Source: Ignavibacteriales bacterium | Lineage (GTDB): Bacteria > Bacteroidota > Ignavibacteria > UBA10030 > UBA6906 | Length of the DNA stretch: 64,000 nucleotides | NCBI GenBank assembly: GCA_037441705.1 | Contig: JBBIRR010000025.1 | Coordinates: 1-64,000 of the forward strand | Direction of reading: 5' to 3' | Shown: one piece after another, positions 1-10,415 of the stretch | Position numbering within the stretch: the stretch's first letter is position 1 | Layout: each line of letters opens with the position of its first letter | Translations under genes and position numbers: made by a program | Notes under the pieces: generated by a model | Told to the model about the DNA's origin: nothing | Databases searched by the model: none | Seen by the model: the letters and a program-made list of their open reading frames with translations, nothing else

Positions 1-5
1 TCGGG

Positions 6-3000
6 ATGGTTGCGATGACGATAGAGCTGCACCGATACCTCGATGAGATCATCGGTGATGTTGCCTTTGGCGGCGAATTGCCGCGCCTCTGGATTGTCGA
101 CACGACTGCAAAAGCCCACTTTGCCTCCGATCATCCGGCGCTTCCTTCTTCTGGATCGAGGACGCCTCTCCGACCCTGCCAGGCTTGCCACAAGGGGTTG
201 AATGCTTTCGAACGGATTGTTCTGGCACGTGAAGGATCGCTCGAGTTTTTGTTAGAGAGCGGTTCCCACCGCATGGCAACGTTTGCTCCCATTCATCAGG
301 CCAATGCTGCATGGGTTCTGGTAGTCAGCGCCGACATCAAGAAGGTTACAGCACTCACCAGCAAGAGTCTGCGTCAAACAATGATGTTGCTCGGGTTGGT
401 TATTGTAGTGCTCGTCGGGGGATCGACGCTCCTCTACAGGAACAATCTCATTCGAGTGCGGGCAGAAGAAGAAGCCAGGCAGTTACGCGAAAAGCAAGCG
501 CTCAGAGACAAAGTACGCGAGAGCGAAGAACGCTACCGACACCTCGTCGAACTTTCTCCTGATGCTGTTGCCGTCCACTGCGACGGTCGTATTGTTTATG
601 TAAACGCGGCAGCAGTGAAGTTGTTAGGAGCTGAGCACCGTGAAGATCTGCTTGGCAAAGCCGCGGTCGATTTCGTCCATCCGGATTCTCAAGCTCTGGT
701 CAAAGAGCGCATCCGGGCAATGATGACCGACGGGAGAGAGGTGCCGCTCGTGGAGGAACGATTTGTACGGCTGGATGGAAGCGTGATCGAGGTCGAGGTC
801 GCTGCCGCCCCTGTAACCTTCGAGGGGAAGCCGTCGGTGTTGGTTGTGGTGCGGGATACGACTGCTCGCAAACAGGCGGAAGCCCAACTGCAACACAATC
901 TCTCACTGCTGACTGCAACGCTTGCCTCTACAGCGGATGGGATCTTGGTGGTAGATCGTAACGGCAAGATTGTAGGTTTCAATCAGAAGTTTCTTGAGCT
1001 CTGGCGTATTCCGCCGTCGATCATCGAGTCACGGGACGACAACCAGGCGTTGGCATTCGTCCTCGATCAGCTCAAAGAGCCCGAACAGTTTCTGAACAAT
1101 GTTCGAGAATTGTATGCAGCGCCGGAGAAGGAGAGCGTTGACGAGCTAGAGTTCAAAGACGGGCGCATCTTCGAGCGCTATTCACAACCGCAGCGGCTGG
1201 GTGACGAAATCGTCGGGCGGGTGTGGAGTTTCCGTGACGTCACGGAACGACGTTGGGCGGAGCAGGCACTGCGGGTCAGCGAAGCCCGGTTCCGTACAAT
1301 GTTCGAAAAGCACCACGCCGTCATGTTGCTCATCGAACCGACCTCCGGCGCAATCGTTGATGCCAATCCTGCTGCAGCAGCGTTCTACGGCTACACGCGA
1401 AACGAATTACGGATGATGAGGATCAGCGACATCAATCAACTTCCTCCTGAAAAGATTGCTGCCGAGCGTGAGCGTGCTGTACGCGAAGAGAGAAACTGTT
1501 TTGTCTTTCCTCATCGTCTGGCGAGCGGCGAGATACGTATCGTTGAAGTGCATTCGTCACCGGTCGAGTTCTTCGGACAAACACTGCTCTTCTCCATCAT
1601 TCATGACATTACCGAACGGCGGAAGGCTGAACAAGAACTGCAGCGCCAGCTCACCACTATTCAAGCTATCGCTCATCTCACCGGCGTCCTCAACAGCGCT
1701 TCCACGCTCGACGAGGTCTATCGTGCAGCGTTGGATTGCATCGTGCAGAGCATCCATGCAGATCGGGCTTCCATTCTGCTGTATGATCAGCATCAGGTCA
1801 TGCGCTTTGCAGCATGGCACGGCTTGTCGGAAGCCTACCGCAAGGCGGTGGAAGGGCACTCGCCCTGGTCACCCGACGAAAATGATCCAAAGCCTGTTCT
1901 CGTCCACAATATTGCTGATGAGACGAGTCTGAAACATCTGCGCGCTGTGATTGCCGCCGAGGGGATCCAGGCCATGGGCTTCATCCCATTGAAAATTCAC
2001 AGTCGGCTTATCGGCACGTTCATGGTCTATTTCAATACGCCACATGAATGGAGCAAGGAGGAGCAAGCGCTGTGTCTGTCCATCGCAGGACATGTCGCTC
2101 TCGCCATCGAGAGGAAACGACAGGAAGAACGAACGACAAAGACAGAACGGCAACTGCGCCTTGTGTGGGAAACCTCTGCCGAAGGGATGCGGTTGACAGA
2201 CAGCGAAGGAATGATCGTGATGGTGAATGAGGCGTTCTGCCGATTGGTGGGGATGCCCCGGTCTGCCCTCGAGGGAAAATCCCTTGCCGTAATCTACCTG
2301 CCGGAAACTCGTGACCACATCCTCAGGCAGTATCGTGAGCGTTTTCGTACGCAGGCCGTTCAGAAACACTTCGAGACTGAATTGGTGCTCTGGAATGGTA
2401 CGAACGTGTGGATGGAGACAACCAATTCTTTCCTCGAGAATCCCGACGGCTCACCACTGCTCTTATCGATCTTTCGCGACATTACGGAACGAAAGCGGGC
2501 TGACGAGCAGTTGCGCCAGAGCGAGTTGAGCTACCGCGGGTTGTTCAACAGCGTTTCTGATGCCATTTACATCCAAGACCAGGAGGGGCGCTTCCTGGAT
2601 GTGAACGATGGGGCAGTGAAGATGTACGGCTATGAGCGAGAGTATTTCATTGGCAAGACGCCGGAATTTCTCAGCGCTCCTGGAAAGAACGACTTCAACC
2701 ACGTTGGTGTCGCCATACAAAACGCATTCCAGGGCATGCCGCAACGTTTCGAGTTCTGGGGTCTGCGCAAGAACGGCGAGGTCTTCCCCAAAGAAGTACA
2801 CTTGTATCCCGGCAAGTATTTCGGCAAAGATGTCGTCATTGCCCTTGCGCAGGATATCACCGAACGGAAACGGGCAGAGGACGAAAGTGCCGTCAGCTTA
2901 CGATATGAGCGTGCGCTTGCATTGCTACTTCGCATTGGTCTCACGGACAAGCCGCTCGAAGACCTGTTGCCGGCAATGCTGGATCAGATACTTGAAATAC

Positions 3001-4919
3001 CCCTGGCAGGGCTGAACCCGCGCGGAGGTATTTTCCTGTACGATCCCGCATCGAAAGCGCTGGTGATGAAAGCGCATAAGAATCTGAACCCGGCGTCGGT
3101 GCGGCTATGCTCGCGGGTGATGCTGGGCGAGTGTTTGTGCGGCATGGCAGGCGCCACACAGCAAATCCAATTCGCCTCCTGTGTAGATGACCGACATAGC
3201 AGGCGCTACGATGGCATCACCGACCATGGGCATTACACCGTCCCCATCGTCAAGTCGGGGGAATTGCTCGGAGTGCTGCTCCTCTATCTTGATGTGGGAC
3301 ATCAACCAACTGACCGCGAGTGGAGCATACTCGAGGCTGTTGCAGACACGTTAGCGGGCATCATCCATCGTCGTAAGGTCGAACTTCAACACCAGCGCGC
3401 CGAGGAGAAGTATCGCAACATCTTCGAAAACGCAGTGGAAGGAATTTTCCAATCCACTCCCGACGGACGCTTTATCACGGTCAACCCGGCCCTGGCAAGA
3501 ATGTTCGGCTACGAGTCGCCGGAAGAAATGATCGCCTCCACAACGGATATCCAGCGTCAGCTCTACGTCAATTCGCAGCGCCGCCTGGAATTACTGCGCG
3601 AGGTCAAGACACATGGCGTCGTCACCGGCTTTGAGTCGCAGGCCTACCGCCGCGACGGCAGCATCATCTGGCTATCGGAGAACGTGCGAGCCGTGCGGGA
3701 CGAGAACGGCGAGTTGTTGTATCTCGAAGGGACGATCGAGAACATCACCCACCGTAAAGAAGTCGAGCGTCAGCTTCGCCAGGCGCAGAAACTCGACAGC
3801 CTTGGCACGCTTGCCAGCGGCGTAGCACACGACTTCAACAACATTCTTGCAATCATTCTGGGTCACGCAACGGCGATGGAACGCAGTGTACAGAATGCAC
3901 CAGAGCGGATTCCTCACCACGTTGCCGCGATCAGCAAAGCGTCTTTGCGCGGAGCCGCTGTTGTAAAGCAACTCCTGACATTCGCCCGGAAGACGGATGC
4001 GAAGCTCGAGCCGGTTTATCTGAATGCCGTTGTGGCCGAGATAGAAAAGATGGTGCAAGAAACATTTCCGCGCACAATCGTATTCTCTGTGTCGTGTCCG
4101 CCTGCAGTGCCTCCCGTATTGGGCGATGCGACACAGCTCTATCAGGTGCTGCTGAATCTGTGTGTCAATGCGCGCGACGCGATGCCCAGCGGGGGAGAAC
4201 TGTCCCTGGTCATAGCGGTCGTTGCCGGCACCGACGTGCGCCAGCGTTTCCCAAAAGCACAGTCCGATGAGTATGTAAAGCTGACCGTGACCGACACGGG
4301 CACAGGCATGGACGAGGCAACACTCCAGAAAATCTTCGAGCCGTTCTTCACCACCAAAGGTCCAGGCAAGGGTACGGGCTTGGGGTTAGCCGTTGTGTAC
4401 GGGATCATCGAAAACCACAACGGCTTCGTCGATGTGAGCAGCGCTGTGGGGAAAGGAACCACCTTCACCCTGTATCTCCCGGGCATGATCGAGGCAATGA
4501 GACGGACGGAGGGTGATCATCAGCTATCGCAAGAGATCGCCGGCGGAACGGAAACCGTCCTGCTCATCGAAGATGAAGAGATGTTGCGTGAGTTTCTGAA
4601 AGCGATCCTGATTTCGAAAGGGTACACGGTACTTACAGCAAGCGATGGTGAAGAGGGAGTGCGGCAATATCACGAGCATCACGAAACGATCGCTGCGGTG
4701 ATCTCGGACTTAGGCCTTCCGAAACTTGCGGGAGAGGAAGTGTTCAGAAGAATACGCTCCCTCAATCCCAACGTACGAATCATCCTTGTGAGCGGGTATA
4801 TCGACCCGGAAACCAAGGCCTCGCTCGAAGCAGACGGGGCACGACATTTCATTCCCAAACCGTACGCAGTGAACGAGATCCTCCAGACGCTGCGTCATGT
4901 GTTGGATGAGAAGGCGTAG
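6..4919 (+). CDS. Hybrid sensor histidine kinase/response regulator (extracytoplasmic region with CxxCH, TM, 6 PAS, 2 GAF, HisKA, HATPase, REC); probably 5'-truncated by the window edge
   Basis: Repeated PAS ends (RDITERK-like), H-box [11 protein letters not shown]-box [35 protein letters not shown]-terminal REC (LIEDE, ISDLGLP, PKP). The frame is open upstream of position 6. Confidence 0.93.
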   Translation: MVAMTIELHRYLDEIIGDVAFGGELPRLWIVDTTAKAHFASDHPALPSSGSRTPLRPCQACHKGLNAFERIVLAREGSLEFLLESGSHRMATFAPIHQANAAWVLVVSADIKKVTALTSKSLRQTMMLLGLVIVVLVGGSTLLYRNNLIRVRAEEEARQLREKQALRDKVRESEERYRHLVELSPDAVAVHCDGRIVYVNAAAVKLLGAEHREDLLGKAAVDFVHPDSQALVKERIRAMMTDGREVPLVEERFVRLDGSVIEVEVAAAPVTFEGKPSVLVVVRDTTARKQAEAQLQHNLSLLTATLASTADGILVVDRNGKIVGFNQKFLELWRIPPSIIESRDDNQALAFVLDQLKEPEQFLNNVRELYAAPEKESVDELEFKDGRIFERYSQPQRLGDEIVGRVWSFRDVTERRWAEQALRVSEARFRTMFEKHHAVMLLIEPTSGAIVDANPAAAAFYGYTRNELRMMRISDINQLPPEKIAAERERAVREERNCFVFPHRLASGEIRIVEVHSSPVEFFGQTLLFSIIHDITERRKAEQELQRQLTTIQAIAHLTGVLNSASTLDEVYRAALDCIVQSIHADRASILLYDQHQVMRFAAWHGLSEAYRKAVEGHSPWSPDENDPKPVLVHNIADETSLKHLRAVIAAEGIQAMGFIPLKIHSRLIGTFMVYFNTPHEWSKEEQALCLSIAGHVALAIERKRQEERTTKTERQLRLVWETSAEGMRLTDSEGMIVMVNEAFCRLVGMPRSALEGKSLAVIYLPETRDHILRQYRERFRTQAVQKHFETELVLWNGTNVWMETTNSFLENPDGSPLLLSIFRDITERKRADEQLRQSELSYRGLFNSVSDAIYIQDQEGRFLDVNDGAVKMYGYEREYFIGKTPEFLSAPGKNDFNHVGVAIQNAFQGMPQRFEFWGLRKNGEVFPKEVHLYPGKYFGKDVVIALAQDITERKRAEDESAVSLRYERALALLLRIGLTDKPLEDLLPAMLDQILEIPLAGLNPRGGIFLYDPASKALVMKAHKNLNPASVRLCSRVMLGECLCGMAGATQQIQFASCVDDRHSRRYDGITDHGHYTVPIVKSGELLGVLLLYLDVGHQPTDREWSILEAVADTLAGIIHRRKVELQHQRAEEKYRNIFENAVEGIFQSTPDGRFITVNPALARMFGYESPEEMIASTTDIQRQLYVNSQRRLELLREVKTHGVVTGFESQAYRRDGSIIWLSENVRAVRDENGELLYLEGTIENITHRKEVERQLRQAQKLDSLGTLASGVAHDFNNILAIILGHATAMERSVQNAPERIPHHVAAISKASLRGAAVVKQLLTFARKTDAKLEPVYLNAVVAEIEKMVQETFPRTIVFSVSCPPAVPPVLGDATQLYQVLLNLCVNARDAMPSGGELSLVIAVVAGTDVRQRFPKAQSDEYVKLTVTDTGTGMDEATLQKIFEPFFTTKGPGKGTGLGLAVVYGIIENHNGFVDVSSAVGKGTTFTLYLPGMIEAMRRTEGDHQLSQEIAGGTETVLLIEDEEMLREFLKAILISKGYTVLTASDGEEGVRQYHEHHETIAAVISDLGLPKLAGEEVFRRIRSLNPNVRIILVSGYIDPETKASLEADGARHFIPKPYAVNEILQTLRHVLDEKA

Positions 4920-4951
4920 CCCGCGTGTTGGTTCCTGCCGTGCGATGGCTG

Positions 4952-6124
4952 CTATGCTGCTCTCAACGCCGAGACAATATTCAGGCGTGCAGCACGCACT
5001 GCCGGAAGGAACCCGCCGACAAAGCCCATTACGAGAGCAAACATCAGGGACGAGATGATGATGGAGGGCGAAAGGGCAAACGCAAACTCGATTTCAGCAA
5101 ACGAATCGAAGTTGATCGTCGAGACCGTAAAGAACTGAAGGAATGACGCAAAGCCGAGACCGATGGCGCCGCCGATGAGCGCGATAACAAGGGATTCGAC
5201 GAGATAGGCACCGAGGACGGAGCGGCGCGCAAAGCCGATTGCCCGCAGCGTCCCGATTTCCACTGTCCGGTTGGCAACGGCGCCGTACATCGTGATCATC
5301 GCTCCGATAACCGCCCCCGCGCTAAAAATGACGGTGATGAAGATACCGAGCACACGGATGAACAGCGCCATCGTCTCGGACTGCTCTTCAAAAAACTTGC
5401 GTTCCGTTTTTGGCACGTATTGCTGCAAGCGTGGATCAGCCGCAAACTCTCGCATGAATGCGTCCATCTCCTGCGGCGAGGCAAGTCGGAGTGTGAGCGT
5501 AGAGTAAACGTTGCTGCGACCGAGGGCGTCGGTAATCTGCAACACGTCGCCCCATATCTCGGATTCAAATCCCGATCCCCCGGCTTCAAACATCCCCACC
5601 ACGGTCCATTCGCTTCCGCCGAACTTCAGCCGGCTACCAATCGCCGCTCCGAGAATTCTACGCGCCACCGCAGTTCCCACAATGATTTCTCTGGCCCCCC
5701 AGTTGAACATACGTCCCTCGACGATGCGTACCTTCGGTCGAAGGACAAAGGCTTCAGGCGATACACCCCGTACCGTAACATTCGTAATGCCGACGTGGTC
5801 GGTCTTGGGTAAATTGATCACCGTTGCCACGTCCTTCGTTGCCAGGGGTGTCCCCGATGCTGTGCGCGCGATATGACGCATCGAGAGAATGATGTTGATC
5901 GTTTCGCCGTCAAGGATCGAGGCAATCTCTCCGTTCGATGCTTTCCGACTGATGAGGATGTTCTCCTCGGAGCCGGTAGCCACCAGTGTCTTCTCGACGC
6001 CGTACGCCATCATAAGCACCGCTGCGAAGACGAAGACGACGAGCGTAATGCCCAGGACCGTCAGTGCAGTCGTCAATCGTCGCGTTTGCAGGTTACGCAG
6101 TGTGTATTTGAGCGGAATCTTCAT
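4952..6124 (-). CDS. ABC transporter permease, MacB/FtsX family
   Basis: RRLTTALTVLGI N-terminal TM; C-terminal EIGTLRAIGF and PAVRAARLNIVSALR FtsX signature. Start placed at MKIPLKY (cat at 6122-6124). Confidence 0.9.
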   Translation of the reverse strand: MKIPLKYTLRNLQTRRLTTALTVLGITLVVFVFAAVLMMAYGVEKTLVATGSEENILISRKASNGEIASILDGETINIILSMRHIARTASGTPLATKDVATVINLPKTDHVGITNVTVRGVSPEAFVLRPKVRIVEGRMFNWGAREIIVGTAVARRILGAAIGSRLKFGGSEWTVVGMFEAGGSGFESEIWGDVLQITDALGRSNVYSTLTLRLASPQEMDAFMREFAADPRLQQYVPKTERKFFEEQSETMALFIRVLGIFITVIFSAGAVIGAMITMYGAVANRTVEIGTLRAIGFARRSVLGAYLVESLVIALIGGAIGLGFASFLQFFTVSTINFDSFAEIEFAFALSPSIIISSLMFALVMGFVGGFLPAVRAARLNIVSALRAA

Positions 6125-6128
6125 TCGA

Positions 6129-7283
6129 CTATCCCACGAAGCGCAATCCATCAACAATGCGTGTGCGGAGAACACGTTGAACAGGGAATACAGCGGCAGC
6201 GATACCGACGAACAGCGCGGCACATACCGCGAGGATCACCGTAATTGGCTCGACGAAGAACACCGGGAAGAAACCCTTCGGCATAGAGGCCTGAAAGAAA
6301 TCCACCGAAGGGATGGTGACGAGCAAACCCAAGCCTCCGCCCATCATCGCGATCAAAAGAGATTCGGCTCCGATCATCACAATCAACTGGGATCCTGAGT
6401 ATCCGATTGCCTTCAGCACGGCATATTCCCGCGTCCGTTCGCGCGAGGACATGATCATCGTGTTGCCTAAGACCAGCATGATGATGCCGATGATGACGAA
6501 GGAAATGAAATTCATCGCTTCAATCACCGCGCTGAACGCGGCGATAAAGCCTTGCTGAAATTGCCGCTCGGTTTCTGTCTTGGTTTCGGCACGACTGTTG
6601 GCGAAGAGGTTGTCGATTGCCTGTGAGACCGCTGCCGTCTTGGCTGCGTCTTTGACGCGCACGATGTACCAGCCTACATAGCCGGCCCGCACCGGCGTTT
6701 CCTGCCGCAGCCGTTCATCAAGATAGTCCCAACGAAAGAGGAAGTTGGAGGGGTCGATTGCCGGTTCACGCGGCTTGTAGATGCCCCTCACCACAAACTC
6801 CCACCGGCCGGGATAGATGTCTCCTTCGATTTGCACCACATCGCCAATCTTGAACCCGTAGCGTTTGACAAGGTCTTCTCCCACAATGCAGGCGTTGCGT
6901 TCGCGCTTGAAGGCCTCAAGCTCGTCCCTCGATATTACAAACTCAGGATAGACATCGAAGAATGTTTCGGCATCTACGGCGAGTCGCGCGAAGAATTGCT
7001 TCTTGTCGATATACGTTCCGCCAAACCAGTTGGCGAACGAAACCTTTTCCACCCCCTCGACATTCGCAATCTGATCGCGATACGCGTAGGGAAGGGGAAA
7101 GATGAACGATACGGCCTGACGCGTAATCAGCCGGTTGGCGGCGGAGACTTCGATGCCCGAGTACCAGACGGTCACGACGGTGCGCAAAAGGCAGAACGCA
7201 ACGACGGCGATCGCGATTCCGAGCACCGTGAGGCCCGAGCGCAGTTTGTGCCGGAGGGCGTTTTTCAGGACGAGTCGCCACAT
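6129..7283 (-). CDS. ABC transporter permease, MacB/FtsX family
   Basis: KNALRHKLRSGLTVLGIAI; RERTREYAVLKAIGY; four predicted TM segments. Confidence 0.9.
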   Translation of the reverse strand: MWRLVLKNALRHKLRSGLTVLGIAIAVVAFCLLRTVVTVWYSGIEVSAANRLITRQAVSFIFPLPYAYRDQIANVEGVEKVSFANWFGGTYIDKKQFFARLAVDAETFFDVYPEFVISRDELEAFKRERNACIVGEDLVKRYGFKIGDVVQIEGDIYPGRWEFVVRGIYKPREPAIDPSNFLFRWDYLDERLRQETPVRAGYVGWYIVRVKDAAKTAAVSQAIDNLFANSRAETKTETERQFQQGFIAAFSAVIEAMNFISFVIIGIIMLVLGNTMIMSSRERTREYAVLKAIGYSGSQLIVMIGAESLLIAMMGGGLGLLVTIPSVDFFQASMPKGFFPVFFVEPITVILAVCAALFVGIAAAVFPVQRVLRTRIVDGLRFVG

Positions 7284-7284
7284 G

Positions 7285-7968
7285 TCAGGTCAACTCTCCC
7301 TTATCCAGATGTCGAACGGTATGGGCCTTTTCAGCCGCGCGCGGGTCGTGCGTTACCATCACGATCGTCTTGCCGTATTCCTTGTTCAGGCGATCCAACA
7401 GTTCCATGATTTCTGTTGCCGATCTCTTGTCGAGATCACCTGTCGGCTCGTCGGCAACGAGAACGGTCGGATCGGCGACGAGCGCTCGAGCAATGGCGAC
7501 ACGCTGCTCTTGCCCGCCGGAAAGCTGTCCCGGCTTGTTGTGCATGCGATCTTCCAGTCCCACCAACTTCAGAGCAAACTCGACGTGTTCTCTCCTCTCC
7601 TGTTTCGAGAGGTTGGTGAGAAGGAGGGGAAGCTCGACGTTTTCGTACGCCGTGAGGACGGGCAGCAGGTTGTAGAACTGAAAGATGAAGCCCACATGTC
7701 GCGCTCGCCATTTCGACAGCTCCGATTCGGAGAGCTTGGTAATTTCTGTGTCGGCAACCGTAATGCTGCCTTCATCCGGCTTGTCGAGTCCCGCAATCAA
7801 GTTCAGCAGCGTCGTCTTGCCTGACCCGGAGGGACCCATGAGCGCAAGAAACTCGCCTTTCGGGACTTCGAGAGAGATGTTCTGCAAGACCGGAATCTCC
7901 AGCGAATCCCGGTAGTACGATTTCTTGACACCGACGACTTTGATGATATTCTCGTTAGTAGAAGGCAT
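7285..7968 (-). CDS. ABC transporter ATP-binding protein (LolD/MacB-like)
   Basis: Walker A GPSGSGKT, signature LSGGQEQRV, Walker B VLVADEPTGDLD, H-loop VTHD. Confidence 0.95.
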   Translation of the reverse strand: MPSTNENIIKVVGVKKSYYRDSLEIPVLQNISLEVPKGEFLALMGPSGSGKTTLLNLIAGLDKPDEGSITVADTEITKLSESELSKWRARHVGFIFQFYNLLPVLTAYENVELPLLLTNLSKQERREHVEFALKLVGLEDRMHNKPGQLSGGQEQRVAIARALVADPTVLVADEPTGDLDKRSATEIMELLDRLNKEYGKTIVMVTHDPRAAEKAHTVRHLDKGELT

Positions 7969-8004
7969 GGTCGCTCTTTCCACAATCGTGAATCGAAAGC
8001 AATG

Positions 8005-9195
8005 CTATGGGGCCTTTTTGACTTTAGTGCCTGCCGTGATCGAAGGGTCCGGGCGGAGAATCACTTCGTCTCCTTGCACAAGTCCCTCTTCGATCACAAT
8101 GCGATCGCCGATCGTAATACCGATACGGACAGGCACTTCTGCGGCGACTCCCTCGTGCACCACGAACACAACATCGGTTCCGTGCCGTTGAACAACCGCG
8201 CTCGAAGGAACCGTCAGCAGAGGAGTGGAAGGCGTGTCCGTGAGGGAGGCCGTCTTCGCAAGGAACGTAACCTTTGCACTCATTTCCGGCAACACGCGCT
8301 CGTCCCGCTCTCGAAACCGTACCTTCGTCAACACTGTCGCTTTTGCCCTATCCGCCGTCGGGACAATCTTGTGTACGTAGCCTTGATACCGGCGGTCGGG
8401 GTACGCATCGAGCGTGATCTCGCACGGGGCACCGACCGAGACGCGGGTGATGTTGGCCTCAGAAACGTCCGCCTCGACTTCAAGCGAGTTCATATCGGCG
8501 ATGGTCACGACGGCGGCACGTGAACCTGCAGCGGCCGCGAAGGGGGCGACCACCTCACCGACGTTCGCGTTCTTGGTCAACACCGTACCATCGAATGGAG
8601 CTCTGATGCGCGTGTTTTCCAATGCCACCTCTGCTGCACGCACTGCCGCCTCCGCCGATTTAATGCTTGCTTCCACGCGCTTGTAGCGCGCCTCGGCAGC
8701 GTCAAGCTCAGCTTGCGATGTTGTGCCCGAGGAAAACATTGTTCGCTGGCGCTCCAGCCACTGACGTGCATCGTCAAGGTCTGCCCTCGCCAGTTCGTAG
8801 TTTGCCTTCGCCTGTGCAAGCGAGGCCAGCACATCCTGATCCTCGATGCGAGCGATCACTTCGTTCTTTCGTACACGATCACCCTCTTCGACGCCGAGAT
8901 ACACGAGTCGTCCCGTTGCTTTGGAGGCAATCGCTGCTTTCTGCTGCGCAACGACGTAGCCGCTTGCAGTGAGGACGGTGCTTGCGGCCGAGGGATAGGT
9001 GAGCGATGCGGTTGCAACCGTAACCTCTTGCGCTCCGGAAAACGTGCCGCTGAGCCACAAGAAGATCGCCGTGAGTGCAAGAACGCCGAATGCCGCGAGC
9101 ACGATGTATTTTGTTGATGATGGCCGCCGCGCTTCTCGCTTGTCACGCTCGATACGCAGCGTTGAAAGGTCAGCTTTTTCAGTCAGGTCGTTCAT
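8005..9195 (-). CDS. Efflux periplasmic adaptor (MFP/MacA-like)
   Basis: N-terminal TM, ASGYVVA, lipoyl halves VEEGDRV and IRAPFDGTV flanking a coiled hairpin; first gene of the ABC operon. Confidence 0.92.
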   Translation of the reverse strand: MNDLTEKADLSTLRIERDKREARRPSSTKYIVLAAFGVLALTAIFLWLSGTFSGAQEVTVATASLTYPSAASTVLTASGYVVAQQKAAIASKATGRLVYLGVEEGDRVRKNEVIARIEDQDVLASLAQAKANYELARADLDDARQWLERQRTMFSSGTTSQAELDAAEARYKRVEASIKSAEAAVRAAEVALENTRIRAPFDGTVLTKNANVGEVVAPFAAAAGSRAAVVTIADMNSLEVEADVSEANITRVSVGAPCEITLDAYPDRRYQGYVHKIVPTADRAKATVLTKVRFRERDERVLPEMSAKVTFLAKTASLTDTPSTPLLTVPSSAVVQRHGTDVVFVVHEGVAAEVPVRIGITIGDRIVIEEGLVQGDEVILRPDPSITAGTKVKKAP

Positions 9196-9230
9196 TGCGT
9201 AAGAAAGACGTTCCGTGTTCTGATCTCACC

Positions 9231-9261
9231 TACGCCTTATGAGGGGCGTAAGCGCTTGTCA
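9231..9261 (-). promoter_or_regulatory. Putative sigma70 promoter of the ABC exporter operon with an overlapping inverted repeat
   Basis: Minus strand TTGACA (9261-9256), 17 nt, then a weak -10 (TAAGGC); inverted repeat TACGCC-N8-GGCGTA at 9231-9250. Confidence 0.4.
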
Positions 9262-9419
9262 AGATACGAAAAAGAGGTTCATCACTCAAATCGGTCGTGG
9301 GCAATCTCCAGGTGTGACGGAACCGCTTCAGTTGTACGGAAGATTTGCGAAGATGTTCTGCCGTGAAGGCAGGAGAGAGCAAGGTCACAAATAGGTGGAA
9401 AAGTGATTGAAGCTGCTCG

Positions 9420-9995
9420 CTACCAATGAGCGTGCGCATCCTTCTTCCAGTACTCTGCTCGACGTGTCGAACGTGATTCGACGAGACGTTCCGAAGGATA
9501 CTTCCCCCAACAGTCAATATGTTCTTGAAAGATGGTTCGGAACTGCTTTTCGTACGCGAGCACATAATTCAAGGCGTCTTCCACACTGACGAAGGCCGCG
9601 GCATCGCGCAAATCAATGAGCCATTTGCCCTTATACGCCTTCACGTTTCGTTCGAGAGGTCGGCGCGCTCGCGTTTTCGGCATGCATAGCAGATCAACAA
9701 TGGAATAGATGTAAAACATCGGAGGTGTCGAGGTTGAATCTTTGATCAAACAGAAACTCTTTGGTGCCCGCAGCAGCATTTTACGGGCTGCAAGATCATC
9801 GAGAATGAAGAGGTGTTCGTGCGGCGTCGCTGTCCTCGGCCAATTCGTCCTTGAAAATGGCTGGAGCTTCTCCTTCACCTCAAGAAAAATCCTGAAGTCG
9901 GGCAATTCAAAATCAAGCTCATGATGACTGCGCGTATGGTCAGCAACGCTGATTCTCTTCTTCGTGAGATAGGATTTGACCTCTTGCTCTAACAT
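9420..9995 (-). CDS. Hypothetical protein, possible PD-(D/E)XK nuclease fold
   Basis: Start MLEQEVKSYL directly after the DUF423 gene; motif ELDFELPDFRIFLEVKEK (D...ExK). Confidence 0.6.
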   Translation of the reverse strand: MLEQEVKSYLTKKRISVADHTRSHHELDFELPDFRIFLEVKEKLQPFSRTNWPRTATPHEHLFILDDLAARKMLLRAPKSFCLIKDSTSTPPMFYIYSIVDLLCMPKTRARRPLERNVKAYKGKWLIDLRDAAAFVSVEDALNYVLAYEKQFRTIFQEHIDCWGKYPSERLVESRSTRRAEYWKKDAHAHW

Positions 9996-10000
9996 ACGTA

Positions 10001-10411
10001 TTACGGGCGTTGATGCTCTGACGATTGTGCGCGTCCGAAAGCCGACATGCCCATGAGGAGCCAGCCCACGAGGAACACCACCCCTCCGAACGGCGTGATT
10101 GCCCCGAGCCATCGCATACCTGAGAGAACAAGCGCGTAGAGACTGCCCGAGAAGAACAGCGTCCCCGCGACGAAACACCATCCTGCCGCTCTGACCAGAC
10201 GATGCGGTACATGCGCCCACAGCAGGCCCGCGGCGATCATTCCGAAGGCGTGATACATCTGATAGCGTACTGCGGTTTCGTACGTAGCAAGCAAATCGGG
10301 GGAGAGGGCGGCCTTGAGGCCGTGGGCTCCGAAAGCGCCTGCGCCCACGCCAAACGCGGCAGAAAGCGAGCCGAGAAGAAGAAACACTTTACCTGTGTCG
10401 AGTGAAGTCAT
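10001..10411 (-). CDS. DUF423 (YgdD/TMEM256) membrane protein
   Basis: GAFGAHGL, TAVRYQMYHA, FSGSLY, GAITPFGG family motifs. Confidence 0.92.
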   Translation of the reverse strand: MTSLDTGKVFLLLGSLSAAFGVGAGAFGAHGLKAALSPDLLATYETAVRYQMYHAFGMIAAGLLWAHVPHRLVRAAGWCFVAGTLFFSGSLYALVLSGMRWLGAITPFGGVVFLVGWLLMGMSAFGRAQSSEHQRP

Positions 10412-10415
10412 AATC

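Noticed and set aside
9995-10220. Long N-terminus of the 266-aa ORF 9420-10220
   Set aside because: It overlaps the DUF423 gene in another frame; the real start is more plausibly ATG at 9995.
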